Assembly: GCA_035649455.1 (NCBI GenBank)
Contig: DASRJN010000491.1
Coordinates: forward strand, 1-44,521
Reading direction: 5' to 3'
Origin: Acidimicrobiales bacterium
Lineage (GTDB): Bacteria; Actinomycetota; Acidimicrobiia; Acidimicrobiales; VFJN01
DNA: 44,521 bases
Position numbers and translations under genes: made by a program. The notes under the pieces were generated by a model that saw nothing but the letters and a program-made list of their open reading frames with translations, was not told the DNA's origin and did no database searches. This document shows, one piece after another, positions 1 through 12,683 of the stretch. How positions within the stretch are numbered: position 1 is the first letter of the stretch; the number at the start of each line of letters is the position of its first letter.

Positions 1-542
1 GACGTGATCGTGTAGGGGACCAGCTTGGAACGGTCGGGCTGGTCCGGCCCGTAGACCATGAACGTACGAGCCGTCGTCACCGGAGTGCCGTAGAGCGACC
101 GGAACATGCGGGCGTACCCGCCCAGGGCCCACTTGGCGGCCGCGTACGGCGAGCACGGGGCGGCCCCGTCCTCGGGCTCATCGCACGAGCCGGTGAGCAC
201 CACGCGGTCGCACCCAGCCTCGGTGACGGCCTGGAGCAGGTTGACACCAGCCGTCAGGTTGGTGGCCAGAGTGGTCGGCACCCACTCGAGCGAGCGGTTC
301 CCGGTGACGGCGCCGGCCAGGTGGTAGACGACCGACGGCCGGGCCTCGGCCACCAGCCGGGTGACGAAGCCCGGGTCGGTGAGGTCACCGGGAATCCAGC
401 GGGCGCCGTCGACCAGGTCCTCGACCGGATGGCGGGCCGTACAGACGGGCCGGTGGCCGTGCGCGGCCAGCCGCCGTACCAGTGCCCGCCCGATGAACCC
501 GCTCGCGCCCGTCACCAGCACGTCGCCCGATCCTGTCCGCAT
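1..542 (-). CDS. NAD-dependent epimerase/dehydratase (extended SDR), truncated by the window edge
   Basis: Absent from the ORF track because it runs off the window. Reverse-strand ATG at 540-542 is preceded by GAAGGA. Translation MRTGSGDVLVTGASGFIGRALV... has the Rossmann TGxxGxxG motif and a later PYAAAK (YxxxK) catalytic motif. Confidence 0.8.
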   Translation of the reverse strand, partial: MRTGSGDVLVTGASGFIGRALVRRLAAHGHRPVCTARHPVEDLVDGARWIPGDLTDPGFVTRLVAEARPSVVYHLAGAVTGNRSLEWVPTTLATNLTAGVNLLQAVTEAGCDRVVLTGSCDEPEDGAAPCSPYAAAKWALGGYARMFRSLYGTPVTTARTFMVYGPDQPDRSKLVPYTIT

Positions 543-665
543 CGCGATCGTCCTTCGCTGCTCAGCTCGCGGTTCCGCCACCGCCGGCGGTCACCCGGCC
601 AGCTTGTCACCGCCGGCGCGGGCCCCGCATCCCCGGCCTACGGCCTGTCCCAGCGGCGCAGCCTC

Positions 666-1790
666 TCAGACAGGCGTCGCTCCGAGTGCCTCCACATCGA
701 CCCAGCGTCCTCCGCCCGCCTCGACCTCCGGCAGCGTCGCCCGCAGCTCCCGCAGCAGGTCGGGCAGGAACAGCGCCACCGCTTCCGGGCGGGTCGCCAC
801 CAGGTCGCTGGGGGGCACCACCGGGATGTCGGTGGCAGGCATGCGCCGGCCGTGCTTGGCCGGCGAAGCGTCGGCCACTGCCGGCAGAAGGCTGCGGTCG
901 ACGCCCGCCCGGCACAGCAACGCCACCGCCCGCGACGCGGCCCCGTAGCCGAACACCCGGGTCCCCGCAGCCCGCTGGTCGGCCAGCCAGCGGTGCAGCG
1001 CCTCGGCGCGGGAGACCGCGCTGTCCTGCAGGGCGCGGACCCGGGCCGGGTCCTCCACCCCCAGGGCGGCCTCCTCAGCCTCCAACTCCGTGACGGTGGC
1101 GTCGGGCCCGGGGCCGGCGGCCTCCGCCCGAGTGGCGGCGAGCAGGATCGTCCCGCCGTACAGCTCGAAGCGCCACGCCTGGCGGGCGACGAAGCCGACG
1201 GACGCCAGCATGCGACCCAGCGCCGCGGTCGAGTAGTAGGCGTAGTGGCCGTGGCGCAGCGAGTTCCATTGACCCAGCCGCACGATGGTGCCCAGCGAGT
1301 GGTACTGGAGCATCAGCACGCCCCCCGGCGCCACCCGCGCCGCCCTTTCGGCCAGCGCCGCCGCCTGGTCGGCGTGGTGCATCAGCCCGAAGCAGTCGAG
1401 CACGACCTCGGCCTCCGCGCCGTCGCCCACCACCGTCAGCCCACGCTCGGCCATCAGGTCCAGCCACGAGCCGCCGTGGGGGCTGCCATACTCCGCGACG
1501 CGCCCGCCCGCTCGCAGCCAGCCGGCGGCCGCCACCCGGCCGACGGCGTCGACGGCCTGCTCGACGAGGGCTGCCGGCTCGGTGGCCCGGGGCTCCTCGG
1601 GCACGGTGGGATCGACCAGCAACTGCGCCAGCCCGCACGCGGCACACAGCCACATCTGCAGCGGGTAGGTGGGGTCCGGGCCGGGGTCGGCGGCGGGCGG
1701 GAAGTGGTCCGACGCGGGTTGCTCGCCCAGGTCGAGCACCACCTCTCCGGCGGTGGCGCGGCAGGAGCGGCAGCGATGGGCCTCGGTCAC
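666..1790 (-). CDS. NDP-hexose C-methyltransferase-like SAM-dependent methyltransferase (TylC3-type architecture)
   Basis: 374-aa ORF with GTG start. N-terminal CxxC...CxxC zinc ribbon (CRSCRATAG ... LCAACG) is followed by a methyltransferase core and a C-methyltransferase-type C-terminal domain. It sits between the SDR gene and rmlC. Confidence 0.7.
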   Translation of the reverse strand: MTEAHRCRSCRATAGEVVLDLGEQPASDHFPPAADPGPDPTYPLQMWLCAACGLAQLLVDPTVPEEPRATEPAALVEQAVDAVGRVAAAGWLRAGGRVAEYGSPHGGSWLDLMAERGLTVVGDGAEAEVVLDCFGLMHHADQAAALAERAARVAPGGVLMLQYHSLGTIVRLGQWNSLRHGHYAYYSTAALGRMLASVGFVARQAWRFELYGGTILLAATRAEAAGPGPDATVTELEAEEAALGVEDPARVRALQDSAVSRAEALHRWLADQRAAGTRVFGYGAASRAVALLCRAGVDRSLLPAVADASPAKHGRRMPATDIPVVPPSDLVATRPEAVALFLPDLLRELRATLPEVEAGGGRWVDVEALGATPV

Positions 1791-2378
1791 CGGCCGGCCC
1801 TTCGCACCGGGCCTGCCATGATGAAGTGATGCAGGTGCGGACGACGTCGCTGCCGGGTGTGCTCGTGTTCGCGCCCGCCCCTCACCGAGACCACCGGGGC
1901 TTCTTCACCCGCACCTTCGACGCCGCGGTGGCCGCCGAGCACGGCATCGACCCGGCCGCGTTCGTACAGGATTCCCAGTCGCGCTCGGGCCTCGGCACGC
2001 TCCGCGGCCTCCACACCCGGGCGGGCCGGGGCGAGGCGAAGCTGGTCCGCTGCGCCCGCGGTGCGATCCACGACGTCGTGGTCGACGCCCGGCCCGAGTC
2101 GCCGGCGTTCGGCCGTCATGAGGCCTTCCGCCTGGACGACGAGCAGTTCCTGCACGTGTACATCCCTCCTGGCCTGTTGCACGGCTTCCAGGTGCTGACC
2201 GAGCTCGCCGACGTCTGCTATCGGATGGATCGGGAGCACGACCCTAGCGAAGACCGTGCGGTGCGCTACGACGATCCCGACCTGGGGATCGCCTGGCCGC
2301 TGGCGCCCGCCGAGATGAGCGCCCGCGACACTGCCGCGGGCTCGTGGGCCGATCTCGTCGGGCGCAGCGACTGGCGGC

Positions 2379-3805
<1,427 letters not shown>

Positions 3806-3809
<4 letters not shown>

Positions 3810-4105
3810 GGGGCCTCCCCCAACACCGGCGGGACCCGGAACCGGCCGTCCTCGGTGGCCGGCGCCGCGGCCAGCACCTCGTCGCGGTCGAGCGTGGGGC
3901 GCAGCTCGTCGGGGCGCAGCACGTTCTGCAGCGGGTAGGGGTGCGAGGTCGGCGGCACGTCCCCCACGTCGAGCGCCTCCACATCGCGGGCGTGGTCGAG
4001 CACCTTGGCCAGCTGGCCGGTGAACGTGTCCAGCTCGTCCTCGGTGAGCTGGAGGCGGGCCAGCCGGGCCACGTGCGCGACGTCCTCGCGGGTGATCTGG
4101 GCCAT
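3806..4105 (-). CDS. gatC: Glu-tRNA(Gln)/Asp-tRNA(Asn) amidotransferase subunit C
   Basis: [32 protein letters not shown]... is typical GatC. ATG at 4103-4105; an in-frame GTG at 4111 is possible. Confidence 0.9.
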
Positions 4106-4117
4106 AGGCACTCGATG

Positions 4118-4879
4118 CTATTGGGTGACGCGGCGGGCGAACCCCACGGCTTTCTCGTTGATCAGGTCCTTGTCGTAATCGAGGGTGGCGACGTGGTAGC
4201 TGCGCTCCAGAGTGACCCGCTCGACCGGGCCGCCGATGCGCTCGGCCAGGAGGTCGCTGTCGCCCGGCGAGACCACGTGATCCTGGGTGCTGGTGAGGAT
4301 CAGGGCCGGGCAGGTGATCTTGGCCAGGTCCTCGCGCACGGCGGCGGCCGCCGCCGCCAGGCTCAGCAGGGGGCGCAGCGGGGTGGCGTCGTAGGCCTTC
4401 TCGCGGGCCGCGGGGTCGGCCACGTCGTTGCCCACCGCCGGGATGCGGTCGGTGCCCGCCGCCACCAGGTCCTCCAGGGCCTTCACCATCTCCTCGGGGA
4501 CGTCCATGGCCGGGTTCACGAACACCAGCCCCGCGATCTCGGGATGCCGGGTGCCCAGCCACGCGGTCAGGGTGCCGCCCATGGACAGCCCCGCCACCAC
4601 CACCCGCTCGCAGCGGGCGGCCAGCGACTCGTAGGCGGCTTCGGCCGTGGCCGACCAGTCCCGCCAATCGGTGCCCAGCATGTCGTCGACCGACGTGCCA
4701 TGTCCGGGCAGCAGCGGCAGGTCGACCGTGAACCCGGCCGCGGCGAACGCCTCCGCCAGCCCCCGCAGCCCCTGCGGGTTGCCGGTGAACCCGTGGAGCA
4801 CGAGCGCCCCCTGGGTGCCGCCCTCGGCGGACCAAGGCTCGCAGCCGGGGATGATGTCCTTGCCGTCACTGGTCTGCAC
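4118..4879 (-). CDS. alpha/beta hydrolase (carboxylesterase / monoacylglycerol-lipase-like)
   Basis: LHGFTGNP oxyanion region and GLSMGG nucleophile elbow. The ORF is open to 4930, but GTG 4879 is preferred: a -10-like TACGCT lies 8 nt upstream, and homologues start about 20 aa before the HGFTG motif. Confidence 0.8.
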   Translation of the reverse strand: MQTSDGKDIIPGCEPWSAEGGTQGALVLHGFTGNPQGLRGLAEAFAAAGFTVDLPLLPGHGTSVDDMLGTDWRDWSATAEAAYESLAARCERVVVAGLSMGGTLTAWLGTRHPEIAGLVFVNPAMDVPEEMVKALEDLVAAGTDRIPAVGNDVADPAAREKAYDATPLRPLLSLAAAAAAVREDLAKITCPALILTSTQDHVVSPGDSDLLAERIGGPVERVTLERSYHVATLDYDKDLINEKAVGFARRVTQ

Positions 4880-4902
4880 GGCCGTCGAGCGTACGCTGGT
4901 AA

Positions 4903-4918
4903 TTGACCCCTGGGTCAA
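4903..4918. promoter_or_regulatory. palindrome TTGACCC-CT-GGGTCAA in the divergent esterase/TetR promoter region; candidate TetR operator carrying a TTGACC -35 box on each strand
   Basis: 7-bp perfect arms read directly. It lies between GTG 4879 (minus) and ATG 4963 (plus). On the minus strand: TTGACC, 19 nt, TACGCT, 8 nt, GTG. Confidence 0.45.
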
Positions 4919-4962
4919 GCCCCGACACACTGTTCCACCACAGTCAGACTGATCCCACGCAC

Positions 4963-5616
4963 ATGAACGATCGCCAACTCACCTCACAGGGTGCCGAACG
5001 CAAGCAGCAACTCCTGGACGCCGCCGCCCGGCTCTTCGCCGAGCAGGGCTACGAGGCCACGCGCGTGGTCGACATCGTGGAAGCGGCGGGCGTGGCCAAG
5101 GGCCTCTTCTACTGGTACTTCGAGAACAAGGAAGCGCTGTTCCGGGAGCTGGCGGCCGAGACCCGCTACCGGCTGCGGCGCCAGCAGGCCCAGGCCATCG
5201 ACGCCGGCGCGCCCGCCCTCGTGCGCATCCTCCAGGGCACCGTCGCCAGCCTGGCGTTCATGGCCGAGAACGCGCCCTTCTTCTCGCTGCTCGACGTCGA
5301 GGGCCGCAACGTCGCCGACGTCCTGCGCCAGGGCACCGAGCAGCACCTGCACGACGTGACCGTGCTCATCCTCGACGGCGTGCGGGACGGCACGGTCACC
5401 GACACCGACCCGGCCGAGCTGCTGGCCCTGGGTGTGGTTGGGACCGTGGGCCAGTTCAGCCATTTCCACCGCACCGGGCGCATCGACCTCTCGCTGGCCG
5501 AGCTGTCCGGCTACGTGGCCCGCCAGGTGGCCCGCATGCTGGCCAGCGACGAGGCCACCGCCCGAGCCGCGATCGCGTCCCTGCGCCACAACCGCTCGAC
5601 CGCGCCCGCGTTCTGA
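4963..5616 (+). CDS. TetR/AcrR family transcriptional regulator
   Basis: HTH region RKQQLLDAAARLFAEQGYEATRVVDIVEAAGVAKGLFYWYFENKEALF. ATG 4963 is preferred over the track start at 4903. Confidence 0.85.
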   Translation: MNDRQLTSQGAERKQQLLDAAARLFAEQGYEATRVVDIVEAAGVAKGLFYWYFENKEALFRELAAETRYRLRRQQAQAIDAGAPALVRILQGTVASLAFMAENAPFFSLLDVEGRNVADVLRQGTEQHLHDVTVLILDGVRDGTVTDTDPAELLALGVVGTVGQFSHFHRTGRIDLSLAELSGYVARQVARMLASDEATARAAIASLRHNRSTAPAF

Positions 5617-5699
5617 GCCGGCCCGCTCCTGTGTGGGATTGCCGCGCGGCGCGCCGCTAGCCTTGCCCGGTCTGTTTACCCAACGAGGTGTTCCGTCCC

Positions 5700-6062
5700 A
5701 TGATCCGTCGCCGTCCGCTGATCGCGCTGGCCGCGATCGCCATGCTCGCCCTGTCTGCGTGCAGCCAAAACGACGCCAAGGAGAGCGACGTCGTGGACGC
5801 CATGCGCGACGCCGGCCTCACCCAGCAACAGGCCGAGTGCGTCGGCGAGGGCTTCCAGGATGAGTTCGGCGATGACCAGGATCTGTTCAACAAGGTCGCC
5901 GCGGCGGCCAGCACCGAGGACTTCCCCGAGGGCACGGAGGAGCCGATCCGCCAGATCCTCGACCGCTGCGTCAACGGCGAGGGCTCGTCCGACAGCACCG
6001 ACACCAGCGACACCAGCGACACGACCGGCGCGGACGAGACGACCACCACCACCGCCGGCTGA
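5700..6062 (+). CDS. small lipoprotein, function unknown
   Basis: MIRRRPLIALAAIAMLALSAC has a signal peptide plus lipobox (LSAC). GAGGTG lies 9 nt upstream of ATG 5700. The C-terminal tail is acidic and Ser/Thr/Asp-rich. Confidence 0.6.
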   Translation: MIRRRPLIALAAIAMLALSACSQNDAKESDVVDAMRDAGLTQQQAECVGEGFQDEFGDDQDLFNKVAAAASTEDFPEGTEEPIRQILDRCVNGEGSSDSTDTSDTSDTTGADETTTTTAG

Positions 6063-6141
6063 GCCCCCGGCGACTGTTGCATTCTCGCTGCAACTACCGC
6101 GCTAGCATGCGGCGTTCGCCCGGCGAGAAGGGGAGAATCCC

Positions 6142-6534
6142 GTGCCTTACAAGTTCTTGTCCGACGAGTGGGTAGAGGAAGCGCGGAAGATCCGGGCGGA
6201 GCTGGACTCCCCCGCGGCCGCTCCCCAGCCCGTCAAGATGAACCTGGTGATCACCGAAGTCCCCTTCGGTGAGGGCACGGTGGACGCCCACATGGACACG
6301 ACCAGCGGCGAGCTGGAGCTCGAGACCGGGCACCTCGACGGGCCCGACGTGACGGCGACCCTCGACTACGAGACAGCCAAGGCGATGATGGTCGACGCCA
6401 ACCCCCAGGCCGCCATGCAGGCGTTCATGGCCGGGAAGATCAAGCTCCAGGGCGACATGACCAAGGCCATGGCGCTCCAGAGCGGCCCGCCCAACCCCGA
6501 GCTCACCCAGCGGATCCAAGAGATCACCGAGTAG
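6142..6534 (+). CDS. SCP2 sterol-carrier-like domain protein
   Basis: 130 aa. GTG start is preceded by AAGGGGAG. The C-terminal QAFMAGKIKLQGDMTKAMAL is the SCP2-fold signature. Confidence 0.75.
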   Translation: MPYKFLSDEWVEEARKIRAELDSPAAAPQPVKMNLVITEVPFGEGTVDAHMDTTSGELELETGHLDGPDVTATLDYETAKAMMVDANPQAAMQAFMAGKIKLQGDMTKAMALQSGPPNPELTQRIQEITE

Positions 6535-6570
6535 CGGGGCGCCGGCACCACGCCGGCTCGACATCGAAGG

Positions 6571-6594
6571 AAGGGCGCCCTGCGGGGCGCCCTT
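6571..6594. terminator. perfect 10-bp GC hairpin (AAGGGCGCCC-TGCG-GGGCGCCCTT) without a U tract
   Basis: Read directly. It lies 37 nt after the SCP2 stop. A smaller hairpin, GCCGGC-ACCAC-GCCGGC, lies at 6541-6557. Confidence 0.5.
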
Positions 6595-6599
6595 CTCAT

Positions 6600-6890
6600 T
6601 CAGGTCCGAAACGAAGAAGTGTGCCGAGCCTGCTGGGGCGGCAGCCTCATCGCGGCGGCTGGGGAACACCGCGTCCGGCATACCGCCCCAACGGGCCCGG
6701 CACGCTCCGTAGTTTAGTCGCTGCTAACAGCTATGTCAGCTTTCGCCGCACAGCCGAAACGAAAAACCTCAGAGGCGAGGTCCTGTATTCGGCCGAACGG
6801 GGAGAGGCCGATGCGCCAGAGGGGGTCTCTGGGCTAGGGGAAGCGTCCCCCGAACGGGGGTCCCTGGTCAAGACCCAGTTTTGGAATTTT
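6600..6890. ncRNA. candidate structured non-coding RNA locus (family unassigned, strand unresolved)
   Basis: Oversized spacer between convergent genes. Contains nested helices, several hairpins, a duplicated GAACGGGG 8-mer and an AT-richer core. See findings. Confidence 0.25.
6858..6890 (+). terminator. possible plus-strand intrinsic terminator
   Basis: Stem GGGTC/GACCC (6858-6862 with 6872-6876) followed by AGTTTTGGAATTTTT. This is the only T-rich tract I noticed in the window's intergenic regions, and it abuts the kinase stop codon. Confidence 0.35.
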
Positions 6891-8969
6891 TCAGTCGCGA
6901 CAGCGGCGGGCCCCCTCCATGACGACGAGGACCTCGGTGCCCACGTCGACCTGGCTGCCGGCCCCGGGAACGATGAACGCAATCCTGCCGTCATCGGACC
7001 CGCATACCCGGCCCACGTCCAAGCCAGTCGCCTGCAACGCGGCCCGGGCCTCGTCCAGCGACATCCCCTGCACGGAGGGGACCCTCACCTCGTCGATGGC
7101 CACGAGCACGTGGACGGTCTCGCCCTGCTCCACCTCGGTGCCCGCTTCGGGGTCGGTGCTCACCACGGTGCCCGGCTGCTCGCCGCGGCGGGGCTCCCGG
7201 GCTTCGAGCTGGGGGGTGAGCCCCAGGCTCTGCAGCTGAGCCACCGCGTCCTCGTAGGGCACACCCACCAGGTCGGGGACCTCAGGCTCGTCGTCGCTGG
7301 CCACCAGCAACCGCACGGCGTCGCCCTTGGGGTAGCCCTCCGGCTTCGGGCCGTTGTCGGCAAAGCCGAGGACCGTGCCCTCGGGGGCGTTGTCGTCCTG
7401 CTGGGGCACGAACTCGACGCCCAGCTCGACGGCCGCCAGCATGGCCGTAGCCTCCTCCTGGGTGACGCCCACCAGCCCCTCGGGCGGCTGCACCAGGGTC
7501 GGGCCCTCCGAGACGACGAGGGTGAGCTTGGCGCCCTCCTTGAGCTTGGCTCCCGCGTCCGGCTTCGAGGCGAGCACCTGGCCCGCCACCGTGCCGTCCT
7601 GGCGCGTTCGCTCGGCCTCCACGTGCCAGCCGAAGGGCTCGACGGTCTTGAGGGCATCGTCGTACTGGGCGCCCACCAGCGTGTTCGGCACCGTGTGCGA
7701 CGGGATGGACGCCTGCATGTAGGCGGCGGCTCCGACCACGCCGACGACCACGGCCATGGCGACCACCAAGGCGCCGAGCATGAGCCGGCGGACGCTGCGG
7801 TCGCCCGCGGACAGGCCGCGGCGAGGCTCGAGATGGCCGGTGTCCCACGGGCGGGGAGCCGGGGGCGCCTCGAGCGGCGGGCGGGGCGGCACCGGGCCCA
7901 TGACGTCGGTCGCATCCGGGGCGAGCTCGGCGGCCGGCACCCGCTCGACCACGGTGGTGGCGCCACCCGGCCCGGGGCCCGACACGCTCGCCGCGGTGGT
8001 GACGGGCGGAGGGGTCACCGCCGCGACCGCGGCGGCCACCGCAGGCCGCCGGGCGGACGGGCCCATCAGTGTGGTGTCGCGCTCGTCGGACGGGGCGACC
8101 TCGGGCTCGTCGCTGCCCGTGAGCGGGAGCGGCTCGGGCCGGCGGAGCTGGGTCGCCGCGCCCACCAGGCCCTTGCCCAGGCTGGCGGCGTCCAGCCGGT
8201 CGGCGGGATCGAGCCGCCCGGCACCGGCCACGATCGGCGCCAGCGGTCCCAGCTCGTCGGGAACCTCGAGCGAGTGGTCGAGCCGGGCCATCAGCGTGCC
8301 GATGGTGGTGTCGGCCGTGAACGGCACCTCGCCCGTCACCGACTCCACCAGGACCAGCGCCAGCGAGTAGACGTCGCTGCGGCCGTCGATCGACTCGCCC
8401 CGGGCCTGTTCGGGCGACGCATAGCGGGCCGTGCCCAGCACGGCCCCGGCCGGTTCGGTCCAGCCGGCCTCGGCGATGGCCCGGGCCAGCCCGAAGTCCG
8501 CCACCCGCAACCGGCCGTCGGAGCCGAACAGCAGGTTGGCCGGCTTGATGTCCCGGTGGACGAAGCCCTGCCGGTGGGCGTAGTCGAGCGCGCGTGCCGT
8601 CTCCAGCCCCACCACCAGGGCCTGGGCCGGCGCCAGGCGATTGCCCTTGTCGAGCATCGACCGCAGGCTGCCGCCGCCCAGGTACTCGGTGACCAGGTAG
8701 GGCACCTCGTCGTCGCTCCAGTCGTACACCGCCAGCAGGTGGGGATGGGACAGGGCCGCGGTCGCCTGAGCCTCCGCCCGGAAGCGGCGGAGGAAGGACT
8801 CGTCGTCGGCCAGGCCGGGATGCAGGAGCTTTACCGCCACCCGGCGCCGGAGGCGCACGTCCTCCGCCAGGTACACCTGAGCGGAGGCACCCGACCCGAG
8901 CGGGGAAAGAAGCCTGTAGCGCCCGCCTAGCACACGACCGATCTGGTCGGTCATGCGGGTCATGGCCAC
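6891..8969 (-). CDS. PASTA-domain Ser/Thr protein kinase (PknB-like)
   Basis: Kinase motifs LGSGASAQVY, VAVK, HRDIKPANLL, DFG and ASPEQ. These are followed by a Pro/Ala-rich linker, one TM segment (LMLGALVVAMAVVVGVVGAAAY) and about four PASTA repeats. GTG 8969 is supported by TAATCT 7 nt upstream; ATG 8963 or 8954 are alternatives. Confidence 0.9.
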   Translation of the reverse strand: MAMTRMTDQIGRVLGGRYRLLSPLGSGASAQVYLAEDVRLRRRVAVKLLHPGLADDESFLRRFRAEAQATAALSHPHLLAVYDWSDDEVPYLVTEYLGGGSLRSMLDKGNRLAPAQALVVGLETARALDYAHRQGFVHRDIKPANLLFGSDGRLRVADFGLARAIAEAGWTEPAGAVLGTARYASPEQARGESIDGRSDVYSLALVLVESVTGEVPFTADTTIGTLMARLDHSLEVPDELGPLAPIVAGAGRLDPADRLDAASLGKGLVGAATQLRRPEPLPLTGSDEPEVAPSDERDTTLMGPSARRPAVAAAVAAVTPPPVTTAASVSGPGPGGATTVVERVPAAELAPDATDVMGPVPPRPPLEAPPAPRPWDTGHLEPRRGLSAGDRSVRRLMLGALVVAMAVVVGVVGAAAYMQASIPSHTVPNTLVGAQYDDALKTVEPFGWHVEAERTRQDGTVAGQVLASKPDAGAKLKEGAKLTLVVSEGPTLVQPPEGLVGVTQEEATAMLAAVELGVEFVPQQDDNAPEGTVLGFADNGPKPEGYPKGDAVRLLVASDDEPEVPDLVGVPYEDAVAQLQSLGLTPQLEAREPRRGEQPGTVVSTDPEAGTEVEQGETVHVLVAIDEVRVPSVQGMSLDEARAALQATGLDVGRVCGSDDGRIAFIVPGAGSQVDVGTEVLVVMEGARRCRD

Positions 8970-9058
8970 GGGAGACAGATTACTGGTTTCACCGGCACCG
9001 ACCGGATCACGACGGGTTGGGGTGCCGCCGCGCAGGCGTGGCAGGATTGCCGGTTGTC

Positions 9059-11562
<2,504 letters not shown>

Positions 11563-11570
11563 TTACGGGG

Positions 11571-12575
11571 CTAAGCCCCCAAGGTGAGACCGAGCTCCAC
11601 CGCGCGGGCCTCGACCCGCTGGCCCAGGTGGGTGGCCAGCTCCACCACGTGGGCCGCTTGGGCGACGTCCATGCCCACCAGCCCGCAGGCCGGGGTGATC
11701 AGGGCCTGCTCGACCAGCAGCTCGGGCTCGCAGCCCCCCTCGGCCAGGGCGTCCCACTCGGCCACCAGGCGGCGCCACAGGATCTCGGGGCCCTCACCCA
11801 GCGGCCGGTCGGTGGGGACCGCGCCCCAGGCGAGCCAACCGCCCCGCTCCAGGTAGTCGGCGAACGCCCCCGGATGGTCGGCGGCCCCGGCGTCGACGGG
11901 CAGCGACAACATCTGGGGGCCGGCCTGCAGCACCACCGGCCAGTCGGCCCGGCCGCAGCAGTGGAGCCCGCCGATGGCCCGCTCCTCGATGGCCGCCAGG
12001 GCCGCCGACACCAGGTCGAGGGTGTCGCCCAGGTCGAGCGGGAAGTCGGGCTCCAGCGCCGCGGTGAGGCCGGGCTCGTCGAGGAACATGAGCGGCGTCG
12101 CCCCCGGGGCCGCCTCCCGGGCAGCCTGCAGCACGGCCTGGGTGCGCGCGCTCACGGCCTGGGCTGCCACCGCAAAGGCCCGGTCGCGGGACACCCCCAC
12201 CGCGTGCAGAACCAAGCCCAGCGTGACCGGCCCGGTCAGCTGGACCTTGAACGGCGCCACCCGGCCGGCGATCGCCTCCAGGAAGGCCCGCAGTCCCACG
12301 AACGGCTCGCCGTCGACCCCGCCGGCGAGCGGCCGGTCGGGATCGACCGCCGCCTCGTCCACCAGCAGGGAGCCGTCCGGCAGGACCTGCACGCCTTCGA
12401 TGCCCCACGCGGCCTGGGGGATCATCCCCTCGACCGCGGAGCGACGGGGTAGGGACGGCGCGGCCGGCAGCCGGGGCTGGCTGCCGAGCACGAACGCGAC
12501 GGCCTCGCCCACCGCCTCGTGCGGCAGGCTCCCGATGGTGGACGCGAGCCCGACAGGGAGGAGCACCTCCCTCAT
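11571..12575 (-). CDS. MetE C-terminal-like / UROD-fold protein (cobalamin-independent methionine synthase II-like), equivalent position to M. tuberculosis Rv3015c
   Basis: TIGSLPH ... LMFLDEPGL ... GLHCCG pattern. It lies immediately upstream of ligA. ATG 12575 is preferred over the track GTG at 12638. Confidence 0.55.
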   Translation of the reverse strand: MREVLLPVGLASTIGSLPHEAVGEAVAFVLGSQPRLPAAPSLPRRSAVEGMIPQAAWGIEGVQVLPDGSLLVDEAAVDPDRPLAGGVDGEPFVGLRAFLEAIAGRVAPFKVQLTGPVTLGLVLHAVGVSRDRAFAVAAQAVSARTQAVLQAAREAAPGATPLMFLDEPGLTAALEPDFPLDLGDTLDLVSAALAAIEERAIGGLHCCGRADWPVVLQAGPQMLSLPVDAGAADHPGAFADYLERGGWLAWGAVPTDRPLGEGPEILWRRLVAEWDALAEGGCEPELLVEQALITPACGLVGMDVAQAAHVVELATHLGQRVEARAVELGLTLGA

Positions 12576-12683
12576 GGTTCCGCCACCCGCGGCTCCACGC
12601 TGTTGGTCACTGAGCGCCACCCTCTTGACTGTTCCCACGTCTGAAATAGCGACCCAGCGGCACCATCGGCAAATCTCCGGGCG

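Noticed and set aside
3810-4835. N-terminal extension of the gatA ORF (the 818-aa track ORF at 2379-4835).
   Set aside because: The extension overlaps gatC and the esterase gene in another frame and is low-complexity. The GTG at 3807-3809 gives a normal-length GatA of 476 aa and a GTGA coupling to gatC.
5993-6025. Short tandem repeat encoding DSTDTSDTSDTTG in the small lipoprotein gene.
   Set aside because: It is only about two and a half imperfect 9-nt units and encodes a Ser/Thr/Asp linker. It is low-complexity coding sequence rather than a meaningful repeat element.
6733-6837. 34-codon ORF (MSAFAAQPKRKTSEARSCIRPNGERPMRQRGSLG) inside the spacer.
   Set aside because: No Shine-Dalgarno sequence or suitably spaced -10 element. 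Codon usage is atypical for this genome (TCA, GCT, AAA, CGA, TGT, ATT). A non-coding explanation is more likely.
6535-6890. Possible tmRNA, SRP RNA or RNase P RNA in the long spacer.
   Set aside because: No GGGGCUGA...GGUUUCGAC 5' end, tRNA-like T-arm/CCA end or ...ALAA tag frame for tmRNA. No GAGGAAAGUCCGG box for RNase P. CAGGTCCGAAACGAAGAAG at 6601-6619 resembles the SRP domain IV string CAGGUCCGGAAGGAAGCAG, but the tetraloop-closing pairs and the long flanking hairpin cannot be formed.
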